Positions 32,056 through 41,218 of a stretch of DNA of 64,000 nt are shown one piece after another; the first letter of the stretch is position 1, and every line of letters begins with the position of its first letter. Position numbers and translations under genes: made by a program. This DNA comes from Bacillota bacterium (lineage in GTDB: Bacteria; Bacillota; JAAYKD01): positions 384,001-448,000 of the forward strand of contig OY762825.2 in assembly GCA_963666425.2 (NCBI GenBank), written 5' to 3'. The notes below the pieces were generated by a model. It searched no databases. It saw only the letters and a list, made by a program, of their open reading frames with translations, and was not told the DNA's origin.

Positions 32056-33213
32056 TCAATCAATTTTTGCCTTTTCCAGACTGAATTGGCTTTTGTATTG
32101 CTGCTTGTTTTCATACATCAATCGATCCAGCTTTTTTAAGAATTCTTCCGCATTCATGGCAGACTGCTCATCATAGATAGAAGACCCGATGCTCACACTC
32201 AAAGCATAGGGCTGCATGCTGGTTTTGTTATATTGCGCAAAAGTCTGGTGGATTCTCTCTTCCATGCCTTGAAGTGCTGTCTGATCGGCGTGATCCAAGA
32301 TAATGAAAAATTCATCACCACCGAAGCGGGCAACAAAATCCGATAATCGTAAAACACTGCTCAACAAACCGGCTGCTGTCTTCAGTGCATGGTCTCCTGC
32401 TTCATGCCCAAATTGATCATTGATGATTTTAAAGTCATTCAAATCAAGCATCATCGCCGCAAAAAAATGATCGGTACCTCTGCCGCAAATTTTGTCTTTT
32501 AAATAGAGGTCAAGCTTCTTACGATTGCTGATACCGGTTAAATAATCCGTATGAATGATTTGATTCTGGATATTTAAGTAAATAATCAGCAAAGAAACAG
32601 CCAAGCTGTTTAAACTAAAGGCAACTCCATAAATGAGGATCTGTAAAACTACCGCGATACTGGGAGGGAAAGCAAAAAAAGCCAGCGCAAAAAATTGTCT
32701 CTCTTCCATTTTGCTTTTGTTTTTCAAAATCAAAACATAAGCAGCCGTCATCATCACAAAAGTGCCGACAAAAATCAGCGGATGATAAATGGTTCTGTGA
32801 TAAATATTAGCATCATCGATCGAATAAAACCAACCATATTTTAAGGAGAAGGTCACGATCAAACCATAAAATAGATTCGCAGCAACCAGCCACCGCGCCA
32901 ACTTTTTTGTTTTGATCTCATCGCTGATGATTTGTTGATAAACGTACAAAAGCCATAAGGACGGTAAGCTCCAGTTGAAGAGAAAAACCAGATAATTTCC
33001 CAGATGATTCAAGATGGGATAAATGGTATCCGGTTTTCCGTCAAATCGCCCCATCAGATCCACCACCAGGAGTAATATCGCTGCTTTTACCATCAAGATA
33101 TAAATTCTATTCTGCAAAGATTCTTTTTCTGCATTCTTGATTGATAAAAGATAGATGATGAATAACAGTACTATAGAATAAGAGTTTAAAACAACATTTA
33201 CGATGAGATTCAT
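32056..33213 (-). CDS. 7TM membrane diguanylate cyclase
   Basis: Hydrophobic N-terminal half; DYLTGISNR; RLSD I-site; RFGGDEF. Confidence 0.9.
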   Translation of the reverse strand: MNLIVNVVLNSYSIVLLFIIYLLSIKNAEKESLQNRIYILMVKAAILLLVVDLMGRFDGKPDTIYPILNHLGNYLVFLFNWSLPSLWLLYVYQQIISDEIKTKKLARWLVAANLFYGLIVTFSLKYGWFYSIDDANIYHRTIYHPLIFVGTFVMMTAAYVLILKNKSKMEERQFFALAFFAFPPSIAVVLQILIYGVAFSLNSLAVSLLIIYLNIQNQIIHTDYLTGISNRKKLDLYLKDKICGRGTDHFFAAMMLDLNDFKIINDQFGHEAGDHALKTAAGLLSSVLRLSDFVARFGGDEFFIILDHADQTALQGMEERIHQTFAQYNKTSMQPYALSVSIGSSIYDEQSAMNAEEFLKKLDRLMYENKQQYKSQFSLEKAKID

Positions 33214-33320
33214 GGATCATTTCTCCTAATTTGTCTCGCTGCAATTTACTCTTCCCGGCCTGGAGCGTAATCGTCACGCCTCCTGAGTAGTTTCCTTTTT
33301 GACTTCTCTATCCAGATCCT

Positions 33321-33989
33321 TTATTGAGCGTAGTCTCCATTATAAGAAATCAGCGATACATTCAGCACATTCTCAATTTGGGCGAGTTTATCTGTTATCT
33401 GCAAATTCTGATCCTGCAAAAAGAGCTCAATCGTCATTTCGGTGGTATCTTTCTTGGACATTTTCGAACGAATCGTATAATTCATTTTAGCTAAAGCGGT
33501 ATTGACCTCCGCGGCAGCCTCGTTTTTATAGCTGATGACCAGCAAATAGACCATTTTGTTCGGTTTTAATTTGGTCATCAGCCAAAAAGTCAAACCGACA
33601 ATCAGATTGCCAAATAAAACAACCCAGTAAATTCTGGCGCCAACACCAATTCCGGCAGCTACAGCCCAAAAAAGAAAAATCAAATCGATTGGATCTTTGA
33701 TCGCCGTGCGGAAACGAACGATAGAGAGTGCGCCAACCATACCCAAAGATAAAACAACATTGGAGGAGATCGTGGCAACGATCATGGCTGTTATCACTGT
33801 CATCATCGCCACAGAAACATTAAAATTGTGGCTATACAAAACCCCGCGATAACATTTACGATAGATGGTATAAATAAAGGCTGAAACCGCCAACGACATC
33901 AGCATGACAACTAAAACGCCGATCAGCGAAAGCTCCGTTGCAGAGCCGGTAAGAAAAGCACTTTTGAAAATATCCTTAAATGTTGCCAT
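33321..33989 (-). CDS. DUF4956-family membrane protein
   Basis: SLGMVGALSIVRFRTAIKDP signature; 4-5 TM helices plus a C-terminal ACT-like domain. Confidence 0.85.
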   Translation of the reverse strand: MATFKDIFKSAFLTGSATELSLIGVLVVMLMSLAVSAFIYTIYRKCYRGVLYSHNFNVSVAMMTVITAMIVATISSNVVLSLGMVGALSIVRFRTAIKDPIDLIFLFWAVAAGIGVGARIYWVVLFGNLIVGLTFWLMTKLKPNKMVYLLVISYKNEAAAEVNTALAKMNYTIRSKMSKKDTTEMTIELFLQDQNLQITDKLAQIENVLNVSLISYNGDYAQ

Positions 33990-34728
33990 AATTCAACTCT
34001 CCTAAACTCACATATTGGGAAGCGGGGTTCATTTTAAATTGGGCTTCGCGGCAATAAATAAACTTAGATACCGCTTCTCGCCGATGGACGGGAAGCTGCA
34101 GCGCATTTTGGATAAATTTGGGTAAATAATCGTCGTATTTTACTTCCAGAACCATCGTATCCGGTTCGAGCGTATTGATCAGAAAAATATTGGGGTCAAA
34201 GATATTGCAGGTATTGATACCTGCCTGCAGGTTTTGGTCAAAGGTAATGCGTACATTACCCTCATCCATCACAAAAACCTCTCGAACATAATCGACGATG
34301 ACAGCCGGAGCCAAAAGTTTCGTCCGCATACTCCAAAACATCTCTTCGGCCATTTCAGAATTCTTATGCAGAAGAAATTCCAAATGTTCTTTACGGATCA
34401 AGGCGAAATATTCTGCTTTACTGAGGTTGACTGTTTTCTTGGAGATGAAATCGCCATACTTCTCTTTGCGTTCCAGCTTGATGTTGCCGTCACTCTGATT
34501 ATAAATGCGGATTCGATACTTTTGTCTCATCTGAACTCCAGATAATTTCTCGTAATAAGCGGTATTGTAAATATCATCAAAGTAGAGACTTCTGATATGA
34601 TAACCATTTTCACCGCTGTTTTCATCCATCGGCATGATGGTTTTCAAACGGGCCTTCAACCCCTGATACTCTCTGGAATGAATGATGTATTTCAATTCGT
34701 GCCGCAGTAAATTGCTTCGATATTGCAT
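33976..34728 (-). CDS. VTC-domain (polyphosphate polymerase / TTM fold) protein
   Basis: RHELKY, IRSLYFD, RQKYRIRIY, LERKEK, RITFD, LEVKY and SKF motifs. Confidence 0.85.
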   Translation of the reverse strand: MQYRSNLLRHELKYIIHSREYQGLKARLKTIMPMDENSGENGYHIRSLYFDDIYNTAYYEKLSGVQMRQKYRIRIYNQSDGNIKLERKEKYGDFISKKTVNLSKAEYFALIRKEHLEFLLHKNSEMAEEMFWSMRTKLLAPAVIVDYVREVFVMDEGNVRITFDQNLQAGINTCNIFDPNIFLINTLEPDTMVLEVKYDDYLPKFIQNALQLPVHRREAVSKFIYCREAQFKMNPASQYVSLGELNYGNI

Positions 34729-36467
34729 TAATTCACCCTCCGTTCCACAAAAATACAGCCATAATAAGTATCGCCTTTGCGATCGGTGCTGATATTCGTA
34801 CTGAATTGTTGATTGCCATTTTCATCGTTTGCCACAATGCGGGCAAAACAACTGACTTCCGGTAACATTTCTACGGTGATTTGATTTTGGTTTGTCACGG
34901 CGGATGTTGCGATAATCACACTAAAATCGGCGGACGTAGAAAATTCTGCGAAATAGCTCACCCTCCGTTCGCTCAGCGGACTTTCCTTGACAAAGGTAAA
35001 TGTTCCACTTTGCCCTGTCTGCTCAAAGGAAATCAGATAAGGCGCAACAGGCTTCTCTAAATTCTGGATGAATTTCTCATAATTCGTTTGAAAGATCAAA
35101 GGCAGACTGGCGATATAAGGTTCGACATACTCGGCGGCCCGAGGCAGCAGCGTAATTTCCGGCATGCTATAGATATATTTCAAAATACTTTTTCTGTAGA
35201 TCAATGTTTGCTTTCCAATGAATTCGGCATTAATTTTTTCTCTGATGGCATCCATCTTCAGAATCAGTTTTTCTAAATTAGCCGGTTCGGAAAAATAGCG
35301 TCGGAACAGCACATTGTTATCCAGAAAACCGACACCAATCAAAGCGTCCGGTATTTTTTGCTCATCTTTACCGACCTGATACATAAAAGCTTCTTCGAAA
35401 GATCCCGGCAGCAGATACCAGGTTAAAGAATTCTGCGGAGAATACAACAGATAGTCTTTATTCACCGCCTCAAAATTGGAAAAGAGAATATTGACTGCGG
35501 CATAGGTTAAGAGATTCGCTTCGTTAAAATAAGCTGCAATCACATCGTTAATCGGAACACTGTAATCGTTGACTTGTGTCAGCATAGCAAGAAATTTCTC
35601 ATGCGAGGCTGCTTTGCGGATATTCAAAACACTTTCAAATTGCTCAGCATTATAATCCGCCGCATCTTTACTCAGCAACCTGCTTTCATTGCGCGAAAAA
35701 TCAAAATTTTCGGCCCGATAAAGCGTCCCGTTGGCATCGAGCTCATGTGCCTCCAAATAGCTCGTATTTGGCTGTTCGATATAGGTAAAGATGCCTAAAT
35801 CCTCATATGCAAGGGTTTGGTCACTCGTGGTATCCTGCACAAATAATCTGACAAAACCGGTGCGCAGAGAGCCAATATCCTGCAATTCTTCCAGCGCATC
35901 GAATCCTAATTTCTGCTTCATGCGGGATAAATCATCTCGGCTCTTCAGTAAATTAATCGTATTGAGATTATTCCAGCGGCCACCGCGATCATAAAGTTGA
36001 ATCTGATAAGAACGAACCTTGATTTTCTCTGTATTGCCTTTGATGGTAATCTTCGCGTTGGCATCCGTTTCACCAAAACCAAACAAAGATAAACCATAAG
36101 AAGAAGTATCCGTACCTTCTCTCAAAATCACATTGCAGAAAGGTTCTTCACCCGCTGCAAGCTCGCTGTCCGTGTAATTGTTCAGATCACTGAAACTGTA
36201 TTTCTTATCCAGATCTTTATCAATACCCTCCTGAATCGTGAGATAAAGATACCGGATGCTGCCGTCCTCATCATGCTGATAGATGCTTTTATCTTCCGAA
36301 AAAGGCAAACCATTCAGCACACTCTGATTTTCATCCCATTGATCCGAATCAGCATAGAGAGATGCATCATACAGATATCGTGTGTCGCAGCCCAAAAGTG
36401 ACAAAGCTAAGAAAGCAAGAATGAAAACGATCCCGCCCACTTTCAAACCGCAGCTGTTTTTTTTCAT
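34728..36467 (-). CDS. CotH-family kinase-like lipoprotein, catalytic motifs degenerate
   Basis: Lipobox LLGC; colinear with the upstream CotH (SYQIQL, GIFTYIEQP, YLLYSP) but PWDYD is replaced by PGSFE. Confidence 0.75.
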   Translation of the reverse strand: MKKNSCGLKVGGIVFILAFLALSLLGCDTRYLYDASLYADSDQWDENQSVLNGLPFSEDKSIYQHDEDGSIRYLYLTIQEGIDKDLDKKYSFSDLNNYTDSELAAGEEPFCNVILREGTDTSSYGLSLFGFGETDANAKITIKGNTEKIKVRSYQIQLYDRGGRWNNLNTINLLKSRDDLSRMKQKLGFDALEELQDIGSLRTGFVRLFVQDTTSDQTLAYEDLGIFTYIEQPNTSYLEAHELDANGTLYRAENFDFSRNESRLLSKDAADYNAEQFESVLNIRKAASHEKFLAMLTQVNDYSVPINDVIAAYFNEANLLTYAAVNILFSNFEAVNKDYLLYSPQNSLTWYLLPGSFEEAFMYQVGKDEQKIPDALIGVGFLDNNVLFRRYFSEPANLEKLILKMDAIREKINAEFIGKQTLIYRKSILKYIYSMPEITLLPRAAEYVEPYIASLPLIFQTNYEKFIQNLEKPVAPYLISFEQTGQSGTFTFVKESPLSERRVSYFAEFSTSADFSVIIATSAVTNQNQITVEMLPEVSCFARIVANDENGNQQFSTNISTDRKGDTYYGCIFVERRVN

Positions 36468-36502
36468 GCGATCTCCTCTCCTTCATCCAATCTTTTGCTT
36501 TT

Positions 36503-38269
36503 CTAGTCACCGCTTTGCTGCAATAAACCGTTCTTCACTTCAAAGCGCTTGATACCGAATTCATAGTGCGACGCACCATTTTCGTCGGCGACCTTCAAGC
36601 GATCATAAGCAATTTGTTGATTGCCTTTACCGTCAACAATCACAACAGACCAATAATAGATGCCGTCCGGCAAAATAAAATCCAGTTTTTGTTGAGTCAG
36701 TGTCACTTCATTGCTGTAGAGTGTACTGCTGGCGGACTGTTGATAATCCGTAAAAATCGAGAAAATATAGTAAAGCCGATCCGCCTGCAGATCTTTGGAG
36801 GGGGACCAATTAAAAATGAACGTGCTGTTTTCTGCTTGTTTCTCACTGCCAAGGAAAATCGGCATTGGTTTTTCCAATGTGTTGTAATAAAGTTGATAAT
36901 ACTGACTGATCCGATCTTGGAACTGCTGAATGTTGCTGCTGATCTCACCGGCATCGGTATTAGCCTCTATTTCATCAACCGAACCAAGAAACCCTTTTAG
37001 TACGGCATTTGTATAATTTTCCTCCAAGCGATTCCAATCCAAACCCATCATTTGCTCGTAAAGCAGATCCATTTTTTCGCTGAGCAATTGAACATTATCC
37101 GGATCCTGAAAAAACTTGCGATGCAGAACGCTGCCCCAATAGCGTGATATACCAAAATAGTCCGTCAAACCTCTTTGTGCGAAGCGTTCCATGCTCATCA
37201 TACTGGCATCATAATCCCAAGGCAAAAAATACCATTTTTCGCTATAATTAGGAGAATAGAGTAAAAAATTTCTCGACATCGTATCATAGTTATTCAAAAG
37301 AAGATTCATAGCACACCAGGTAAGATAGTTATCCAAATCAAAATATTCCTGAAAGGTCAGGTTAAAATCCAGCGCATCATTATTGATTGCCGCCAGCATA
37401 CGCGCCAATTTCTCATTATCCGGATTCTCGCGGATTTTCAGCAACTGAGAAAACAAATCATAATTAAAAGCCGGGTCATCCACCGCGAGAATATCGTCTG
37501 ATTCACGGAATTCAAAATCGGTTGGCTTATAGAGCACTCCGTTCAGGTCAAGTCCATGCTGACTGAGAAACGTCTGATTGGGCTGTTCCACATGGGTAAA
37601 TAAGCCATAATTTTCGTATTCTGCGCCTGCTTTGCTGCCGTCTTTGAGGTAAAGCACAAAAAAAGTTGTGCGCAGAGAAACCATGTCCGAAAACTCCGCG
37701 ATGCGGTCAAAACAGAATTTCTGCGCGGCCCGGCTGGTATCTACTGTATGTTTGTTGAGATTTAGAACCTGTTGCCCTTCAAAAGTTCCCTGACCATCGA
37801 ATAGTTTAATTTTATAGGATTTCTGCTCGGCTTTGCGGGCGCTTTGTCCCCGCAAGGAAAGAATGGAATTCACCTGATCGGTATCATTTCCCAAAATGGT
37901 TTTCCCCGTGTCTGGGTCAACGACGCGCACAGAAGCATCCAATTGCGGATCCGGCGACAGCGTTGTAATGGCATTTAAATCATCCAGGTTAAAGACACCG
38001 CCGCTTTTCTCATCGGTTCCTTGATAGACAACAGCATAGACCGTCCATACTTTATAGGGATCCGTCTCACTGTAGAGAGAACGATTATCCTGCAAAGCCA
38101 GATCCTGCAAAATCGTCGGATCAATGACCGGAGGAATGAATTCTTCCTTTTGCCGCTGATAAAAAAAGGAAAAATAGACCGCGGCTGCGCCTGCCATGAT
38201 CGTCAAAAGAGCAATCGTATATTTAAATATTCTCTTTTTGGTTGACTGATTGATAATGATTCTCATCAT
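36503..38269 (-). CDS. CotH-family kinase, membrane anchored
   Basis: N-terminal TM helix; LRGQS, KSYKIKL, LNLNK, GLFTHVEQP, NYDTMSRNFLLY and PWDYD motifs. Confidence 0.85.
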   Translation of the reverse strand: MMRIIINQSTKKRIFKYTIALLTIMAGAAAVYFSFFYQRQKEEFIPPVIDPTILQDLALQDNRSLYSETDPYKVWTVYAVVYQGTDEKSGGVFNLDDLNAITTLSPDPQLDASVRVVDPDTGKTILGNDTDQVNSILSLRGQSARKAEQKSYKIKLFDGQGTFEGQQVLNLNKHTVDTSRAAQKFCFDRIAEFSDMVSLRTTFFVLYLKDGSKAGAEYENYGLFTHVEQPNQTFLSQHGLDLNGVLYKPTDFEFRESDDILAVDDPAFNYDLFSQLLKIRENPDNEKLARMLAAINNDALDFNLTFQEYFDLDNYLTWCAMNLLLNNYDTMSRNFLLYSPNYSEKWYFLPWDYDASMMSMERFAQRGLTDYFGISRYWGSVLHRKFFQDPDNVQLLSEKMDLLYEQMMGLDWNRLEENYTNAVLKGFLGSVDEIEANTDAGEISSNIQQFQDRISQYYQLYYNTLEKPMPIFLGSEKQAENSTFIFNWSPSKDLQADRLYYIFSIFTDYQQSASSTLYSNEVTLTQQKLDFILPDGIYYWSVVIVDGKGNQQIAYDRLKVADENGASHYEFGIKRFEVKNGLLQQSGD

Positions 38270-39728
38270 TTTTTCCTGATCCCTCTTCCCATTTGCCGTT
38301 CATTCGGTCAATGATATTTTCGAAAAAATCATTTTTCTGATCATCTTCAGGATTCGCGGAGCAGAAAATAATGTAATCTACCGAATCCAGTGTTTTCTTC
38401 AGATATATCAAGGCTGCAATTAGGGAAGCAATAGAGGCGAAGAGAATACCGGTTCCGTAAAATACCGGTCCAAGCAAGACGGAAAGATTCGTAAAAATCG
38501 CGTTCATCACAAAGAACATGCTCATCACTTTCAGACAGTCGCTATAATTCTCAAAATATTGCATTAAAGTACAGGCTAAAAACATGAAGTAAGCAAAAAG
38601 AAATCCAGCTACCATATTCGGGAAAATCTCAATCACTTTTGTTGAAATACCCACTTTGGGCAGCAATACCATGCCCAAAACGACACTGACCAAAGAGACC
38701 AGAATTTGTATTTCGGCGACAAAGAGAAATTCCTGCCACATCAAACGCTGCATTAACTTTTTGGAGCGATTGATTTCTGCACCGGTTTTCGTGTTGACTG
38801 CCTGCAGATAGTCTCTGAAATAGTCATAAAAAGAAGTTTCCATGCGAACTACAAATAAAACAATAGCCGGTAAAATGCTCAGGACGCCCAATGCGGTCGC
38901 TAAATCAAAATCATCCGAAAAGATAAAAACGGAAACGGAATTCTGCGTTTGAGGATAAGCCCAAAAGATGAAATTTTGGCAGTAGATCCCCAACATATAA
39001 AACGTATTGAGAAGAAATAAGGAAGGGTATTTCTTCAGATAAAGTAGCCAATCAAAATAGCGGTTAGATGGTTTTCGGTAATATTTCTTGATGCCAAGAA
39101 ATATACCGGATGCGACGATGCTCATACCAATGGCAAAATAACCAACCAGCGTCGTCGCAATTCCAAACAGATTCTCTTGATACTTTACCGTAAAGTAAGA
39201 GGCAGCAAAGGTAAAAATCATACCTGTGATGAAGCTTTTGGAAATCTGCGCATAGTCTTTCAAAGCCGAGACATAGACCATCAGGATGTAAATAATCCCA
39301 ACTGACATGTATAAAAGGTAGGCAAAAAGGGAAAGCAGCCAATCCAGTTTCGCATAACTCAGCAAAAGGAGTGCCGGTAGGGAGGCAAACAGGCAATAGA
39401 TCGCGACTGCACCGTAGACCGAAGCCAGAATATCCTTGGCATTGTCCTGCCACAGCATATCGGCAAGATAACGTGATATGGTAATACAAAGACCGCTGGT
39501 AAAGATCAGTGGAAAAATAAAAGAATACAGAATAATCACGGAATACAGTTCCTGGTCTGCCAGCGGAACATCCGACTGCAGCAGGAATATCTTCACTGCC
39601 AACAGTGCCAGAATCACAATCAAGAGATGTCCGATGGTTGAGAAAACCGAATATAAAACCGCAGAGATCTTCGCTGTCAGCGATTCTTTTTTAAACAATC
39701 TCTTTAATTCAAAACCTATTCCTGCCAT
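38223..39728 (-). CDS. pelG: Pel exopolysaccharide transporter PelG
   Basis: Hallmark N-terminus MAGIGFELKRL; about 12 TM helices; FVVRMETSFY; overlaps the end of pelF. Confidence 0.9.
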   Translation of the reverse strand: MAGIGFELKRLFKKESLTAKISAVLYSVFSTIGHLLIVILALLAVKIFLLQSDVPLADQELYSVIILYSFIFPLIFTSGLCITISRYLADMLWQDNAKDILASVYGAVAIYCLFASLPALLLLSYAKLDWLLSLFAYLLYMSVGIIYILMVYVSALKDYAQISKSFITGMIFTFAASYFTVKYQENLFGIATTLVGYFAIGMSIVASGIFLGIKKYYRKPSNRYFDWLLYLKKYPSLFLLNTFYMLGIYCQNFIFWAYPQTQNSVSVFIFSDDFDLATALGVLSILPAIVLFVVRMETSFYDYFRDYLQAVNTKTGAEINRSKKLMQRLMWQEFLFVAEIQILVSLVSVVLGMVLLPKVGISTKVIEIFPNMVAGFLFAYFMFLACTLMQYFENYSDCLKVMSMFFVMNAIFTNLSVLLGPVFYGTGILFASIASLIAALIYLKKTLDSVDYIIFCSANPEDDQKNDFFENIIDRMNGKWEEGSGKNDENHYQSVNQKENI

Positions 39729-41200
39729 AATTCATGTCCTATTCCCTGTTGATTCTCCGGGCTGACCGCCGCTGTCACTGGAGTGAATTCTTGGTATAAT
39801 TCGCGGTAGCCTTGAATAAAGCGTTGTTCCGAATAAAAGCGAATCATCCGTGTTCTCCCGATTTCTCCCATGCTTTTCTGTAGATTCGGATTTGTTACGA
39901 TTTTTACAATATGCGCCGCAATTTGCTCATAATCCATAATGGGAGCCAAGAAGCCTGCCATACCCAACCCATCACCTTGCTTACCGAGAAAAAGATCTTT
40001 ACAGCAGCCCACATTGGTAGAGACGCAGGCAATCCCGGCTGCCATTGCTTCCATCAAAGCCAGCGGCTGACCTTCACTGATCGAAGTCAAGACCATGACA
40101 TCCATTCTGCCGATATAATCTTTCACATTGACTCTGCCGGTAAACTGAAGGTCTTGAATGCCCAATTCCTTCTGCAAGGCCAGACATTCGTTATAATACT
40201 CCGGTGCTTCCTCCGTAGGGCCAATCAGATAAAAATAGGCGTTCGGAACTTTTTTCTTAACGATATCAAATGCGTAGAGCATCGTCTTAATATCCTTGAT
40301 GGGCGTGACGCGGATGACAGCGCCGATATTGAGACGGTCTTTTTCCTCTGCCGTCTTGCCTGCCAAAGCGCTGAAAGCCTGCACATTAACACCGTTCGCA
40401 ATCACTTCACATTTTTGAGCATCGGCTCCCAATTCGATCTGAATCCGCCGATTGGTTTCAAAAAGCGCAATCATCCGATCGGCAGCATAATAAGCTCCGA
40501 TCGATAAGCTTTTAAAATAATCGATCCACAAGCGTTTAAAATCCCGATTCACCCAAGTGGCAGTGATAATTTCTTCTTCCCGCTCTCTGGAATAGATACC
40601 ATGTTCGGTAACAATTGATTTACCGCCAAACAGATGCTTGCCTAAAGCACCCGCGATCCCGGCGTAGCCGGTGGATACGGCATGATAAACATCCGCTTTG
40701 GGAGGCGGATTGCTTAAGACATGAAAGAGCGCCATATACATCGAGCGCATCGTCCAAAGAAAATCAACGAATTTAGTTGTACTGTATTGTTTGAAATAGA
40801 CTTCAGAGACAATATCATAAAAATCGCTGCCAAGTAAAAAGTCGCGGATGACGCGATTGTCTCGTTGAAAGAAGTCAAAAATCATGTTCCATTTATCCAA
40901 ATTGGCTAGCATCAGCCTTCTGATTTCTTCGATTTCCCATTTAGAGGTCACTGCTTTTCTGGGGATTATTCCTGAATTTTTCTCGTTGCGCAGGTTGATA
41001 TCGTTGAGAAATACTTCTTTCACATCGATCACATTCTTGGGCAATGTATAAGCAAATTTACCTTTTTTGGAAGCATCCGGCATAATGGTATAGAGAATAA
41101 AATCATGTTCTGTGAAATTTTGAATCAGCTGCTGCACCCAGGAAGAGACACCTCCCACGATGTAAGGATAGCAGCCTTCACAAAGCAAACAAATTTTCAA
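39716..41200 (-). CDS. pelF: GT4 glycosyltransferase PelF
   Basis: EGCYPYIVGGVSSW, HAVSTGYAG, TEHGIYSRER, PIKDIKT and SISEGQPL motifs. Confidence 0.93.
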   Translation of the reverse strand: MKICLLCEGCYPYIVGGVSSWVQQLIQNFTEHDFILYTIMPDASKKGKFAYTLPKNVIDVKEVFLNDINLRNEKNSGIIPRKAVTSKWEIEEIRRLMLANLDKWNMIFDFFQRDNRVIRDFLLGSDFYDIVSEVYFKQYSTTKFVDFLWTMRSMYMALFHVLSNPPPKADVYHAVSTGYAGIAGALGKHLFGGKSIVTEHGIYSREREEEIITATWVNRDFKRLWIDYFKSLSIGAYYAADRMIALFETNRRIQIELGADAQKCEVIANGVNVQAFSALAGKTAEEKDRLNIGAVIRVTPIKDIKTMLYAFDIVKKKVPNAYFYLIGPTEEAPEYYNECLALQKELGIQDLQFTGRVNVKDYIGRMDVMVLTSISEGQPLALMEAMAAGIACVSTNVGCCKDLFLGKQGDGLGMAGFLAPIMDYEQIAAHIVKIVTNPNLQKSMGEIGRTRMIRFYSEQRFIQGYRELYQEFTPVTAAVSPENQQGIGHELWQE

Positions 41201-41218
41201 GCCGACAACCCCCTGCCT

